A stretch of DNA of 64,000 nucleotides, from assembly GCF_964194025.1 (NCBI RefSeq), contig NC_134468.1, positions 77,438,001 through 77,502,000 on the forward strand, given 5' to 3'. Shown piece after piece: positions 1-10,350 of this stretch. The position numbers and the translations under genes were made by a program. The stretch comes from Convolutriloba macropyga (taxonomy: Eukaryota). Every line of letters begins with the position of its first letter. Position 1 is the first letter of the stretch. Below the pieces are notes generated by a model, which did no database searches, was not told the origin of the DNA, and was given only the letters and a program-made list of their open reading frames with translations.

Positions 1-2
1 AA

Positions 3-134
3 TGGGCTGATGCTTTTGAGGCCATTGACGATCTCGGAAGGGACATTAAGAAAAAGATGGTTCGACAGCAAAAAAAATCTGAAACGGCCAAAACGCAAAC
101 AGAGTTGTTGCAAGATACATCGTCCACTGAATGA
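3..134 (+). CDS. 3' end of an ORF entering from upstream (WADAFEAIDDLGRDIKKKMVRQQKK...TSSTE*), possibly the last helix of a BEN-like domain
   Basis: Open frame from the window edge to TGA at 132-134. The W..AF.AID..GR pattern followed by a basic tail resembles the BEN-domain C-terminal helix. Only 43 codons are visible. Confidence 0.35.
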   Translation, partial: WADAFEAIDDLGRDIKKKMVRQQKKSETAKTQTELLQDTSSTE

Positions 135-270
135 GCTTGATGATTTGAGCTGGGAATTTAAAACGTCTGTTTGTGATAATTATGTGACTGTTATTGCCTT
201 TATATTGCCTAATGAGGTCTCAGTTATGTTTCTTTCTCAAGCTAATTTGATGCTCTGTTCTTTAATTATT

Positions 271-435
271 AATTGCTCTCAAACGGAGTTTCTAGCGACT
301 ATATTAATGCTGCTGGTCTTACCTTGTGCGATTTTTTGCTAGACCGTTTCTTTTGTCTGACACCCCCTGGCAACCGCCAGTCCCCCCTCCATATAGTAAC
401 CGCCTTGCGGAGCCGTTAGTCGTTTGAGAGCAATT
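271..435 (+). mobile_element. Non-autonomous Helentron-type (HINE/DINE-1-like) element, short copy lacking the 3' hairpin
   Basis: Perfect 15-bp inverted repeats AATTGCTCTCAAACG (271) and CGTTTGAGAGCAATT (421-435). Internal sequence matches copies at 39443, 40172 and 47222. Confidence 0.6.
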
Positions 436-772
436 CTTTTATGTTCCTGTTCCTGTGCATATATTTGATTGCCAATCTACGTATGCAAATTTATAAAATA
501 TTGCTTTGTTTATCTCATCTTACACCTATTTTGTTTTGTGTGAAAAGAAAGTGAAATCTGTTTGTCCGAATTCATTTTTCACACTTGAAGTTATCCAGTT
601 GTTTTAACTAAAAACAAAGCTTGCTTTCAAACTTGTTTTTCTTTCAACCGGCGTGTTGAGTTTTAAGCACTGCTTTTTAAAGTCATGCGAGTTTTTTTCC
701 ACAAAAGATAGGAAATCTGGCGAGTTTCTGATAACAGCTTGTTTGGGGTTTCAATCCAAACTTTTTCTCCAG

Positions 773-1405
773 ATGAGAATGTGTAATAAATTATCTTGGA
801 AAGATTTAGCGCGAATTGATGCCAAACTTACAGCAGAAATTTTTGATGGTGAATTGATAAGAACTCACAAAGTTCCAATCGAAGATGACACTGATCATTC
901 AAGTGGGTTAGAGAAACAGTGGGAAAATAAAATGCGAGCCGATTATTTATCTTTCAGCGAGTTCTTTGAGCTGAGACCCCTTACTGATTCTTTTTCTAAA
1001 GACAGTCAATATTCAAGCTTAGGCGTTTTCTCTTATATCAACCTGAAGAAAAACAAAATTTTGAAGGGCCTAACTGGCTTTCTTGCACCAATGCCTCAGT
1101 CATCTATTGTTCCCGGTTTAAACGACGTTTCCATTATACAGCATGCATCTGGTCCTAAGCTTATGTTAGGCGGAGCTTCCTTCATTAACTCCAGTTGCAA
1201 GGAAAACTGCATCTACGTGCCAAATAAAAGCAAGACAATGATACAGATTCGAGCGACTGCTGTGCTAGGTGTTCAGAAGGGAGAAGAAATAACTGTCAAT
1301 TATGGCGGAGAGTATTTCGGACCAAACCGTATGTTCTGCGAGTGTCCCCACGCATCCCTACACGGTCACCAACCAGTCACAAATTTGTGGACGAGATCGG
1401 GTTGA
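773..1405 (+). pseudogene. SUV4-20/KMT5B-C/Set9-like SET domain, N-terminal part of a fused SET-transposase reading frame
   Basis: ATG at 773 follows a polypyrimidine-CAG acceptor. LSWKDLARIDAKLTAEIFDG..IRTHKV resembles the SUV4-20 N-terminal helical segment (KELCENDDLATSLVLDP..FQTHKM). MLGGASFINSSCKENC resembles WLGPAAFINHDCRPNC. GEEITVNYGGEYFGPNRMFCEC resembles GEEI.CYYGDGFFGENNEFCEC. Confidence 0.85.
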
Positions 1406-3872
1406 GTGAAGCCCGTTGTTGCAATTCCCACCTCCTCATGGTTAATTGACGAAACAGCGTCTTCTCTCGTTGTGTTTCCATCACTTTCGAGCACGCCTTA
1501 TTCTCAATCGAAACGTCAATTCAAACAAAGGTCAAATTGTAGTTATAATTCAAGAAGCATTCGAAAGCGCCGTTACCTTAGCAAAAAGGCTAAAACTTTG
1601 ATATCAGATTCGGAGTCGGAAAAAAGCGAATCAAGCAGTTGCAACGGTTTTATTGAGCAACCCTCTCTTAGTCAGGTACCAGAGAATACAGATTTGTTTC
1701 AGCAAGTTTCAGAAAGTTCGGTGTTAGCGAATCCTTTTCCGGTAGAGTCATCAACCCCGCGTGCACTGGGTAGAGTAGATAACATGATCGACTCTTCCAG
1801 TTTGAGCGAATCCGAAACTCAGACCGACGAAACTCTTAGTGACTCTGATAACCTCATTTGTGATAATTCGAAAATGTCTGTGTCAGAATTTACCGATACT
1901 TTTTTAAGCCTGTCTGATGAAATTGCCATTAGTGACCGCTTTGCCAAGTCTCTGATTTCACTGATGGATAAGTGTTTGCCAATGAAAAAAATTTGCCGAC
2001 ATTTTATCGTCTTCAACAAATTGAGAACACGTCTTTCACTTGTGAGGAAGAAAAAGTTCCCGGTGGCGTAATCTGCCATTTGAACGTTGAGTCTCAGCTG
2101 GTTGGTTTGGTTGAGCGGAATTTAGATTTACTGAGGGCTCCAAACTGGCAGCTAAACAATGATGTGAGATTAGAGACAAAGAGCGATTGCGAAGTGCTTC
2201 ACTTTGTAATGAGCACTGACGGCGTCTCGCCGGCGAAATCGAAGAGGTTTAGCCTTTATCCTGTCTAGTTGATGCTGCTCAATTTGCCGCGGAAGCTACG
2301 TGTCTCTTACAGGAACTTAATTCTTGTTTCACTATTCGGAGGTGATAAAAAGCCTGATTGTACTTCTTTGGTCAAGAATTTGGTCGGATTTGTGAATTCA
2401 TTCAACAAACGGCGTCTGCTTACTGTTGGCAAAAATACATACAACGTTTTAGTAAACATCCGTTTGGTGGCAGTTGATGCGATCATGAAAGCGCCACTCT
2501 TAAATCAAACTCAGTTCAATGGTTTGTACGGATGCAGTAATTGCTATATACCCGGTGCCAGTCACCCTTCTGGTAAACCTTGACTGTATAGGTATGAGCC
2601 GACGCCATCAGATATTCGAACTCATACTGAACGTCAGAATGACCTATCCTTCAAACCTTCGCAAAACGCCCCAAGATTTGGATTGAAGGGTATCTCGTGT
2701 ATCGAGCAGTTAGTGTCAATTCCTGAGGATGTTGTCATTGACTACATGCATCAGGTTCTCCTCGGTGTTGTGAAGCGATCATTATACAGCATTGTGTGCC
2801 AAAAAGGATTTAACAAAATACTCAAAGAAATAGCGTCTGAGCGTCTTCTGAATTGCAAGCTTCCTAGCAATGATTACAATCGACATTTAAGGGGCGTTGA
2901 TTCGGTGAAGTTGTGGAAAGCCTCAGAGCTGAAACTTTTTCTACTGTATGGCATTATTTCTTTCTATGGTCTCCCTTCTGATCAAATGTTTACGCATTTC
3001 TTTTTATTGAGCGCTTCTATTCGATTATTGTTAGATCCTGATACTGAAAAAGACATTGATGTTGCCGCTAAGTCTCTAGCTACCTTCCGCAAGCAACTAG
3101 TGAGGTTCTACGGTGACAAGTCCGAAACATATAACGCTCATTCCTTGAGTCACTTGGCTGACCAAGTTAAGCGGTGTGGTCCTCTTTCAACAAGTTCCAG
3201 CATTGCTTTCGAAGCTGCTCACTTTCAGTTGAAAAGACGAATCAGTGAAACTACTTCCACATCTGTTTTCACGCGATTAGCGATCAAACGACACAATAGG
3301 CTTGCTGGTCGAAAGCGCGACTTCCGTACAAATGTAATGGCAATTGGCTCTGTTGTTTTGAGGAACAGTCATGAAGTTGCAGTTAACGTTGGGGACGAGC
3401 TTGCTGTCTTCCGAAGCTCTTCCGCTTTTTCTTTTCTTGAGTAAATTTTTATTGTCACAATTCGAAATGTCGTTACCTCGAGAATGGTTCCTGCGTGCAC
3501 ATTGTTAAGTTTGAGCGCGAGGATAAATGCGTTTCTTTTGGACAACTCTTGGCTATATATGTTGACATCGAAAATTGCTGCGGCGTTGCACATGTAAAAT
3601 TTTTTGAGGAATTCAAGTCGTTTCGTGAACTACTCAGCGAACGTTTTCAACAGCTCGAGGCTTCAAGCATCGACAGTATAGATATGGATTCTGATTTAGA
3701 TGAGAGCTTGGAGCTACTAAACTCTACGGCAGAAAGGCATTTTGTTGTAGAATCTTTAACCAGCGAAATTTTTGAAATAGATATAACAAAACTACTAGTT
3801 CCGTGTATTGTTCGATCCATTGGGGACCTTGTTGTAATTTCCGAGATTTGCTCTGTGTTTGAAAGAGATTGA
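1406..3872 (+). pseudogene. Ser/acidic linker plus CACTA/EnSpm-type transposase, disrupted
   Basis: Motifs STDGVSP..SKRFSLYPV(*)LMLLNLP, DAIMKAPLLNQTQFNGLYGCSNC, DYMHQVLLGVVK, WKASELKLFLLYG and YNAHSLSHLADQVKRCGPL...SIAFE. Lesions: frameshift ~1980, TAG 2266, TGA 2581, stop/frameshift ~3442. Confidence 0.85.
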
Positions 3873-4014
3873 AGTTTTCTTATATGTTCTTGCACTGTTT
3901 ACGCTATTGTTTTGTCATTAATGTTTGTTTTCAATTTCTTTTTTATGAGGTGGAGCACATCATAAAAAGCTGAAAAAGTTTAAGCGAGTTATTCGTTTTT
4001 TAGATTGTTTGTAA

Positions 4015-4587
4015 ATGCCTCGAAATTACGTGAGGAAAGTGAAGCGCAAGTATTCTGAGAAGGACATGGAGGTTGCTCTGTCGTTAGTCAGAGATGGTTA
4101 TCCTGTTGCTGATGTTGCAAAGCATATCGGCATACCCAGACAAACGTTGTACGACAACTTAAAAAAGAAGCGTGACAGGTCACGGATGCATATCCTCGAC
4201 GAGCAGACGGAGAAAGACCTATGCAAATTTTTTTCTAAAATGCAGGAGGTAGAAATTGTAAATTCTTGGAAGGTGGCACGGGAGAAGTTGATGCAACTCA
4301 TTTATGTCATAAAGGGAAGAAATAGCGTGCCCAAAAATTGGAAGAAAAACGGCAAAGCATCGAAAGATTGGCTTTCTGGTTTCCGTAAACGGAAGAATGT
4401 GCTGCTTTCGGACAAAAAGCCGAACTGGCTTCCCGATCAAATAATTGCACCTGTCGGTGAGTGTGCTTGTGGGAGGAATCCACTCTCCATCGACTTCTCC
4501 TTGTGTCTACATTGCTCGATCTGGAACTGCAGTATTTGTTTCGGAGAAGACTTGGCTTGCTCCCAGTTTATATCTAAAATTTCGTAA
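4015..4587 (+). CDS. Intact 190-aa pipsqueak-HTH + CENP-B/Tc5-type HTH DNA-binding protein with a C-terminal Cys-rich (Zn-finger-like) tail; no DDE domain
   Basis: MPRNYVRK..RKYSEKDMEVALSLVRDG..VA..AK..GIPRQTLYD is the psq-HTH pattern. EKDL....NW..NGKASKDWLSGFRKR is the CENP-B/Tc5 HTH pattern. Tail CAC...CLHC..WNCSIC...C. A splice acceptor (TTTTTTAG, ~4003) precedes the ATG and AATAAA lies at ~4610. Confidence 0.8.
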   Translation: MPRNYVRKVKRKYSEKDMEVALSLVRDGYPVADVAKHIGIPRQTLYDNLKKKRDRSRMHILDEQTEKDLCKFFSKMQEVEIVNSWKVAREKLMQLIYVIKGRNSVPKNWKKNGKASKDWLSGFRKRKNVLLSDKKPNWLPDQIIAPVGECACGRNPLSIDFSLCLHCSIWNCSICFGEDLACSQFISKIS

Positions 4588-4746
4588 GCCGCAGTTTAAT
4601 CTTTCAGTCAATAAATAGGTAAATGTGTTTTTTGTTTTTGAGCAAGACGAGTCGGCCAGGCACATAGCAGCGCGTGTTTAGATACCTTCTGTTGTGAGAA
4701 ATGAAATTTGACGCCTCTTCGTACGCAATTTTATATTTGAAAATTT

Positions 4747-6722
4747 CAGATTTGGAATAACTTGTCTCAAAAATGAATTTGTGAAGGCCATAATTTTTGC
4801 TTCAGTTTTGTGTGTGTGTGTTTTGTTTGTGCCGTATGTGTTTTGCTTCAATTTCGGGTGATCAAACACTGCGCTTGTCGAATATCAAAAGCAGTTTTGT
4901 CTGTTTTGCGGAGAAAAAAACATTTCTTATCTGTCTCCAAGAAAAAAACTTGGCGACCGTTCTTGATTTCACTCAGAACAATGTTCTTTTTTAACTCAGA
5001 CACTGAGTAGAGTATAGCTAAGGATCCTCTGTTGTGATAGATGAATTAAGGCAGCTTTTTTTACGTGCGCGTTTTTTTATTGGAGAAAATTCCGTTCAAC
5101 TTGTGTTGGTGGGGTGATTTCGTACAAGCGTTCTGGTGCTCTTCCGAGGAAACCTAGTGTCATTCTAACGTGCTCGGCAATAAGTTATGCAGTTGTGTGT
5201 TAGTTGTGCTAGTTTTTCCTACAATTTAGCGTCTGCTAATGCTTTATGACAGTATTGAACGTTTAATTAAGTCCAGAAAAAAAATGAAATTTTTAATGAA
5301 AAAAGTTTTCGATACTTCTTACTTTGGTTTTTCGGGTAGTGAGATGTTAAGTGCGACGAAGTTGGTTGGTTAGGTGACCCGGTGACAAAACCAGTTTCCC
5401 TGAATAATTTTTCTTGTTCTTTTGGTTAGGAATATCGTAACAATTTGAGATAAAAAAACACGGCGGGCCATGGGGTACATCTGCTCAAAATCCAAATTTC
5501 AATGTTTGCATGTTTGCAAACATTGGAATTTGGATTTTGAGGAGATGTACCCTAACGCCCGCCTTTTTTTGACACCTACAAACAAAGGGCTATCTGGATC
5601 GTTATTTTGCGCTAATAAAAACTTTTGCCCAGATTTGGAATAACTTGTCTAAAAAGTGAATTTATGTGAAGGTCATAATTTTTGCCTCAATTTTGTGTGT
5701 GTCTGTTTTGTTTGTGCCGTATGTGTTTTGCTCCAATTTCGGGTGATCAAATACTGCGCTCGTCGAATATCAAAAGCAGTTTTCTCTGTTTTGCGGAGAA
5801 AAAAAAAGTTTCTTATCTGTCTCCAAGAAAAAAACTTGGCGACCGTTTTTGATTTCACTCAGAACAATGTTCTTTTTTAACTCAGACACTGAGTAGAGTA
5901 TAGCTAAGGATCCTCTGTTGTGACAGATGAATTAAGACAGCTTTTTTTACGTGCGCGTTTTATTATTGGAGAAAATTCCGTTCAACTTGTGTTGGTGGGG
6001 TGATTTCGTACAAGCGTTCTGGTGCTCTTCCGAGGAAACCTAGTGTCATTCTAACGTGCTCGGCAATAAGTTATGCAGTTGTGTGTTAGTTGTGCTAGTT
6101 TTCCCTACAATTTAGCGTCTGCTAATGCTTTATGGCAGTATTGAACGTTTAATTAAATCCAGAAAAAAATGAAATTTTTGATGAAAAAAGTTTTCGATAC
6201 TTCTTACTTTGGTTTTTCGGGTCGTAAGATGTTAAGTGCGACGAAGTCGGTTGGTTAGGTGACCCGGTGACCAAAACAGTTTGCCTGAATAATTTTCATT
6301 GTGCTTTTGGTTAGGAATATCGTAACTGTTTGAGATAAAAAAACACGGCGGGCCATGGGGTACATCTGCTCAAAATCCAAATTTCAATGTTTGCATGTTT
6401 GTACCCTAATGCCCGACTTTTTTTGACACCTACAAACAAAGGGCTATCTAGATCGTTATTTTGCGCTAATAAAAATTTTTGCCCAGATTTGGAATAACTT
6501 GTCTAAAAAGTGAATTTATGTGAAGGTCATAATTTTTGCCTCAATTTTGTGTGTGTCTGTTTTGTTTGTGCCGTATGTGTTTTGCTCCAATTTCGGGTGA
6601 TCAAATACTGCGATCGTCAAATATCAAAAGTAGTTTTGTCTGTTTTGCGGAGAAAAAAAACGTTTCTTATCTTTCTCCAAGAAAAAAACTTGGCGAGCGT
6701 TCTTGATTTCACTCAGAACAAT
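4747..6722. repeat. Tandem repeat, ~855-885-bp unit, ~2.3 copies, inside the CACTA right arm
   Basis: CAGATTTGGAATAACTTGTCT recurs at ~4747, ~5630 and ~6484, with high identity between units. Confidence 0.95.
5453..5570. repeat. ~115-bp near-perfect palindrome/hairpin
   Basis: GGGTACATCTGCTCAAAATCCAAATTTCAATGTTTGCA pairs with TGCAAACATTGGAATTTGGATTTTGAGGAGATGTACCC, with outer GGCGGGC/GCCCGCC and A/T runs. Confidence 0.9.
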
Positions 6723-7181
6723 CATAATTTTACCGGTTTTCCCGGTAAGACCAGCAGCTCATTCCCGGAAATACTTGCGGGAATTTTAAATTTCCCAGTT
6801 TCCCCGGTAAAATCCCGGCCGGTAAATCCCGGAAATACTGGCGGGAATCTTAAATTTCCCGATTTTCCCGGTAAGATCCCGGCGGAGAAATCCCGGAAAA
6901 ATTGGCGGGAATCTTAAAGTTCCCGAGTTTCCCGGTAAGATCCCACTGGTGATTCCCGGAAATCCCGCCGAGATTTAATTTTTTCCCGGTTTTCCTGTCA
7001 GGGTTCTTAAACGTCCCAGATTTCCCGGCGGGAAATGCGGGATCTTGCTCTATCTTGGCACATCTTGAAATTCCCGGTAATTTTCCCGGTAAGATCCCCG
7101 GATCCTCCCCGTGTTTTTCCCGGATCTTGTCGGGAAAAAAACCGGGATCTTAATAAGATTTCCGGGATCCGACGCACTGGG
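6723..7181. repeat. CACTA subterminal short repeats (TTCCCGGTAA/ATCCCGG/CGGGAAT in both orientations) and right terminus
   Basis: Numerous CCGG/CCCGG-centred motifs in ~450 bp, ending in CTGGG; typical En/Spm subterminal architecture. Confidence 0.8.
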
Positions 7182-8093
7182 TATGAGAGCATGGCATATA
7201 GAAGTTGTACCCAAGTTAAACACAGATAGTTGTTTCAATGCAATAATGAGATTTATTGCCCGAAGAGGCAAGCCAAGTACAAATGTCAGTGACAACGGGA
7301 CGAATTTCGTTGGTGCTGAAAAAGATTTTGCAAGAGTACGTTGCAGCATGGAACAAAGAAGGGATCGAAGAACGTCTAATTCAACGAGGAATCAGATGGA
7401 AGTACAATCCACCCGCAGCACCTCACATCGGAGGAGTATGGGAGCGATTGGTGGGAAGTTGCAAGAAAGCAGTGTATGCAGTGTTGGGGAACAGATCAGT
7501 CACCGAGGACGTGCTTTCAAAATAGATGTGTATTGCATAGCAGATGTTGAACGCAAGACCGTTGACTCCTGTCAGTTCAGACGTTAACGACGTAGAAGAA
7601 TTGACCCCACAATCATATCTTGCTTGGCAACAAGAACGTTTGCTTGCCCTACCTACCATGTGCGGAAAAATTTGTTGTTCATCGAAAGCTCTTTCGACAA
7701 ACTCAAGCTTTTGCAAGTCTCATATGGGACAGATTTCGTAAAGAATATCTGCCAACTCTGAATTATCCGCAAAAATGGCGATCTACAGCAAATGAAACAC
7801 TTAAAGAAGGCGATCTCGTTTGGTTGATCAAAAACAGCAATAAGCCTGGATATTACAACCTAGGTCGAGTTACGGAGACCATTGACGGGTTTGACGGTGT
7901 GATTAGATCGGCGATAGTTCGAACGAACAACAGAATGTACAAGAGACCAGTAGTGAAGCTCGCCCCAGTACTACCTGGAAAAGATGTTTTCGCGATAGAA
8001 AACAGGGCCGACAATTTTGCGGCTGAGGATAATAAATCAGAAATCAAATTGGAAAGCGCTTCAAGGCCATTTCAAGCATTAAAACTAAAATAG
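7182..8093 (+). pseudogene. BEL/Pao LTR retrotransposon integrase core + DUF5641-type C-terminus, frameshifted
   Basis: MRAWHIEVV..L.TDSCFNAIMRFIARRGKPS...SDNGTNFVGA; IRWKYNPPAAPHIGGVWERLV; LNARPLT; IWDRFRKEYLPTL...KW; GDLVW....GRV......DGVIRSA.VRT....YKRPVVKLAP. Confidence 0.92.
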
Positions 8094-8159
8094 CATGAAG
8101 AACGAAAATTAATGCCACATTCTGATGAAGCCGTACGGATTTGTTCACTTTGTTCAACA
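8015..8159 (+). repeat. Possible remnant of the BEL 3' LTR
   Basis: Purine-rich GAAAACAGGGCCG just before, a degenerate TGTTG-like start, and an end at ...TTCAACA. No second LTR is available to confirm. Confidence 0.3.
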
Positions 8160-9904
8160 TTTATATTTAGCAACTATCATTAGTACATAATCATCACACA
8201 TGAAGTGAAACTCAAATTCGAACTACCTCAACCACCCGCAAAACAATCATACGACTTAACAGTATTGCATCAGATTCTTTGCGATTGGACTGCGAATCAA
8301 CCTGTTATTGATAGAATATTCGACAAAACTTCTACATGGCTAACAAACTTCCCATGACATCAAAATTACACTGATAAAGTGACGTTATGGAAGCGTGTTC
8401 ACATTCTGTCCACATTATTATCTACAACCAATCAACGAATGAATTTTGACATGTAAACCCACGTGACTAGCGGCATAAAAGGAGCATGAAAAACTACCAA
8501 AATCCTTTGAAAGTTTGCAATTTCGTTAATATTAAATTGACATACAGTGCGTATTGAAACACAATTTCTTGAGTGGTAAATTAATTGTTATCGTGTCTTA
8601 TTTCTGTAGATCATATCAGTAATTGTACAGTTATAACTTAACTTTGACTTGTTGAAAAGAGAATTCAATTTGATATTCTCAATTTTTTCTTCTGAGGAAC
8701 AAGGTTCCTAAGTATGAGAAGTTTTGTGCAAAGCATAAAATCAGTTTCTATTACTCGCTTTAACGAAGCCTACTCTAGTTCAACATTGGTGTTATTGAAA
8801 CCAATAGAGAGACTTGCTAACATTAAATTTAGAAAATTATTATTCTTGTTCAGTTATAGTTACAGTAACTCACCCCTTTTCTGTAATCTTTCTGGCAGAA
8901 AGCTGAAACTTTGTAGAAGTATAGACAATTTCCAAAGCTATTATTTGTTGGAATTAGATTTCCAAAGTTCGGTTTATAATTTGAGTTGCTATTAGACCCC
9001 AACAAATATTGATTGTTTCATTTCGAATTTTGATAATTTGAGGGAAACAAGATTTTTTTTCAGCCAAGCTGAGCAATTAGTTATCAGGACTAATAAAGCA
9101 ACAAGTAATGCAACGGTAATCTACATTATAGCGGAATATACAGTTCACGAAAGTTAACTACAAAAACACAATATCGGGACAGATTTGAAATCGCTGAAAT
9201 GAACTGGGCGGTGTAAAGTTTTCTTGACTTTGATACGAGAGCAGCCGTTACAATGCTCGCAAAGGTGTAAAAATAATAGACTAAAACCAGGATAATTCGA
9301 CTAACCTGCGTGTGGATGTTTACGTTAAAAAATGATTGAATCCAAGCCGAAGAAAGAGCTGGAAGAAGAGATCATGACCAAATGTGTTCAGTGTTAGAAA
9401 AATTCGGAATTATTGTTGACTACTCAGAGCTGAGGATTTATTTCAAGTTGACCACCAATCAAACTTGAGTAAACAAAATTTTCAAGCTGCGAGGGAACGC
9501 GTTTAGTATGCATTTAGTACTGATAACAATTGGATTAAAAGATATTAAGCTCAGACACAAAAAACGATATCACTGAGAGGTAATTTAACTTTCAGTCACA
9601 TATCACATCGACAACTATATTTTTTTGCAGCTTGCGGATTATTAGATAACGAAACTGAAATAGCACCTAAATTTAGACCTTATGGTGGTTTAATTGGATT
9701 TGACCATTCATGACTGCACCCTTTACTGAAATATAACAATTTATTTCGATTTCATTTAGCATTGCACGACGCAGCTGGATTCATAAAAAATTTTAGAAAC
9801 AAAGGCCCTGGATATGTTTACCACTTCCGTTACTCACCAGCAAACAATTGTTTTTTGGTCATTTGACAGGAATACTGTTTAAATTATCAGTAATTTTTTT
9901 TTCA

Positions 9905-10350
9905 TCCACGTTTTTTTGTGAATTGGAATGCTATAATATTTTGGGATCAAATCTGCAAATATTGTTGTTCTCGATCTAGAAAATGTCACACGAATATCAA
10001 TTTGATTCATTATCAAAGAACACAGTTTGTGTTGCAGTTACTACGATACAATACAATTTAAACATCCAATCAGCTTTGCAGAATTACCGGCACTTGATCG
10101 ACAAATTGTTTCTTGGCTTAGACAGAACCTGCACGGCCTTGATTGGGACGAAGATACATTTACCGATTTACCTGGAAAAAGTTTTTTTCAAAAAACACCA
10201 AAAATTGTGAGCTCATCGGCAAGCTGCTACGAGAAATTTTAATTTGTCCCTTATTTGGGAGATTTTTCCGGAGGAAACAGTTGCTTCCTGCAATCGTCAT
10301 CCGAATTGTTTAACAGCAGACGGTCATGTTTAATCTCATTGTGCAGAACA
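9905..10350 (+). pseudogene. Maverick accessory ORF, DEDD exonuclease-like remnant
   Basis: ANIVVLDLE followed by FKHP..F.EL...DRQIVSWLRQNLHGLDW; broken frames. Confidence 0.45.

Larger units (their letters stand above)
1..7181 (+). mobile_element. CACTA/EnSpm (CMC superfamily) DNA transposon, right part; left end lies upstream of the window
   Basis: CACTA-type transposase motifs at 2200-3300, dense CCGG-containing subterminal repeats at 6723-7170, and an abrupt end at ...GACGCACTGGG (7181; reverse complement CCCAGTGC), after which BEL/Pao integrase coding sequence begins mid-motif. Confidence 0.8.

Noticed and set aside
653-772. N-terminal 40 codons of the listed 250-aa ORF
   Set aside because: GTG start in T-rich sequence ending in a splice acceptor; SET-family similarity begins after ATG 773.
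4797-6917. Cys-rich short ORFs (CVCFVCAVCV)
   Set aside because: Translations of TG-rich tandem repeat units with inconsistent frames.
7111-7587. 158-aa ORF as a single gene
   Set aside because: Chimera of the CACTA terminus and BEL integrase, shifting out of frame at ~7330.
8120-8145. CTGATGAAGCCGTACGG hammerhead-like start
   Set aside because: The GAAA half of the core is missing.
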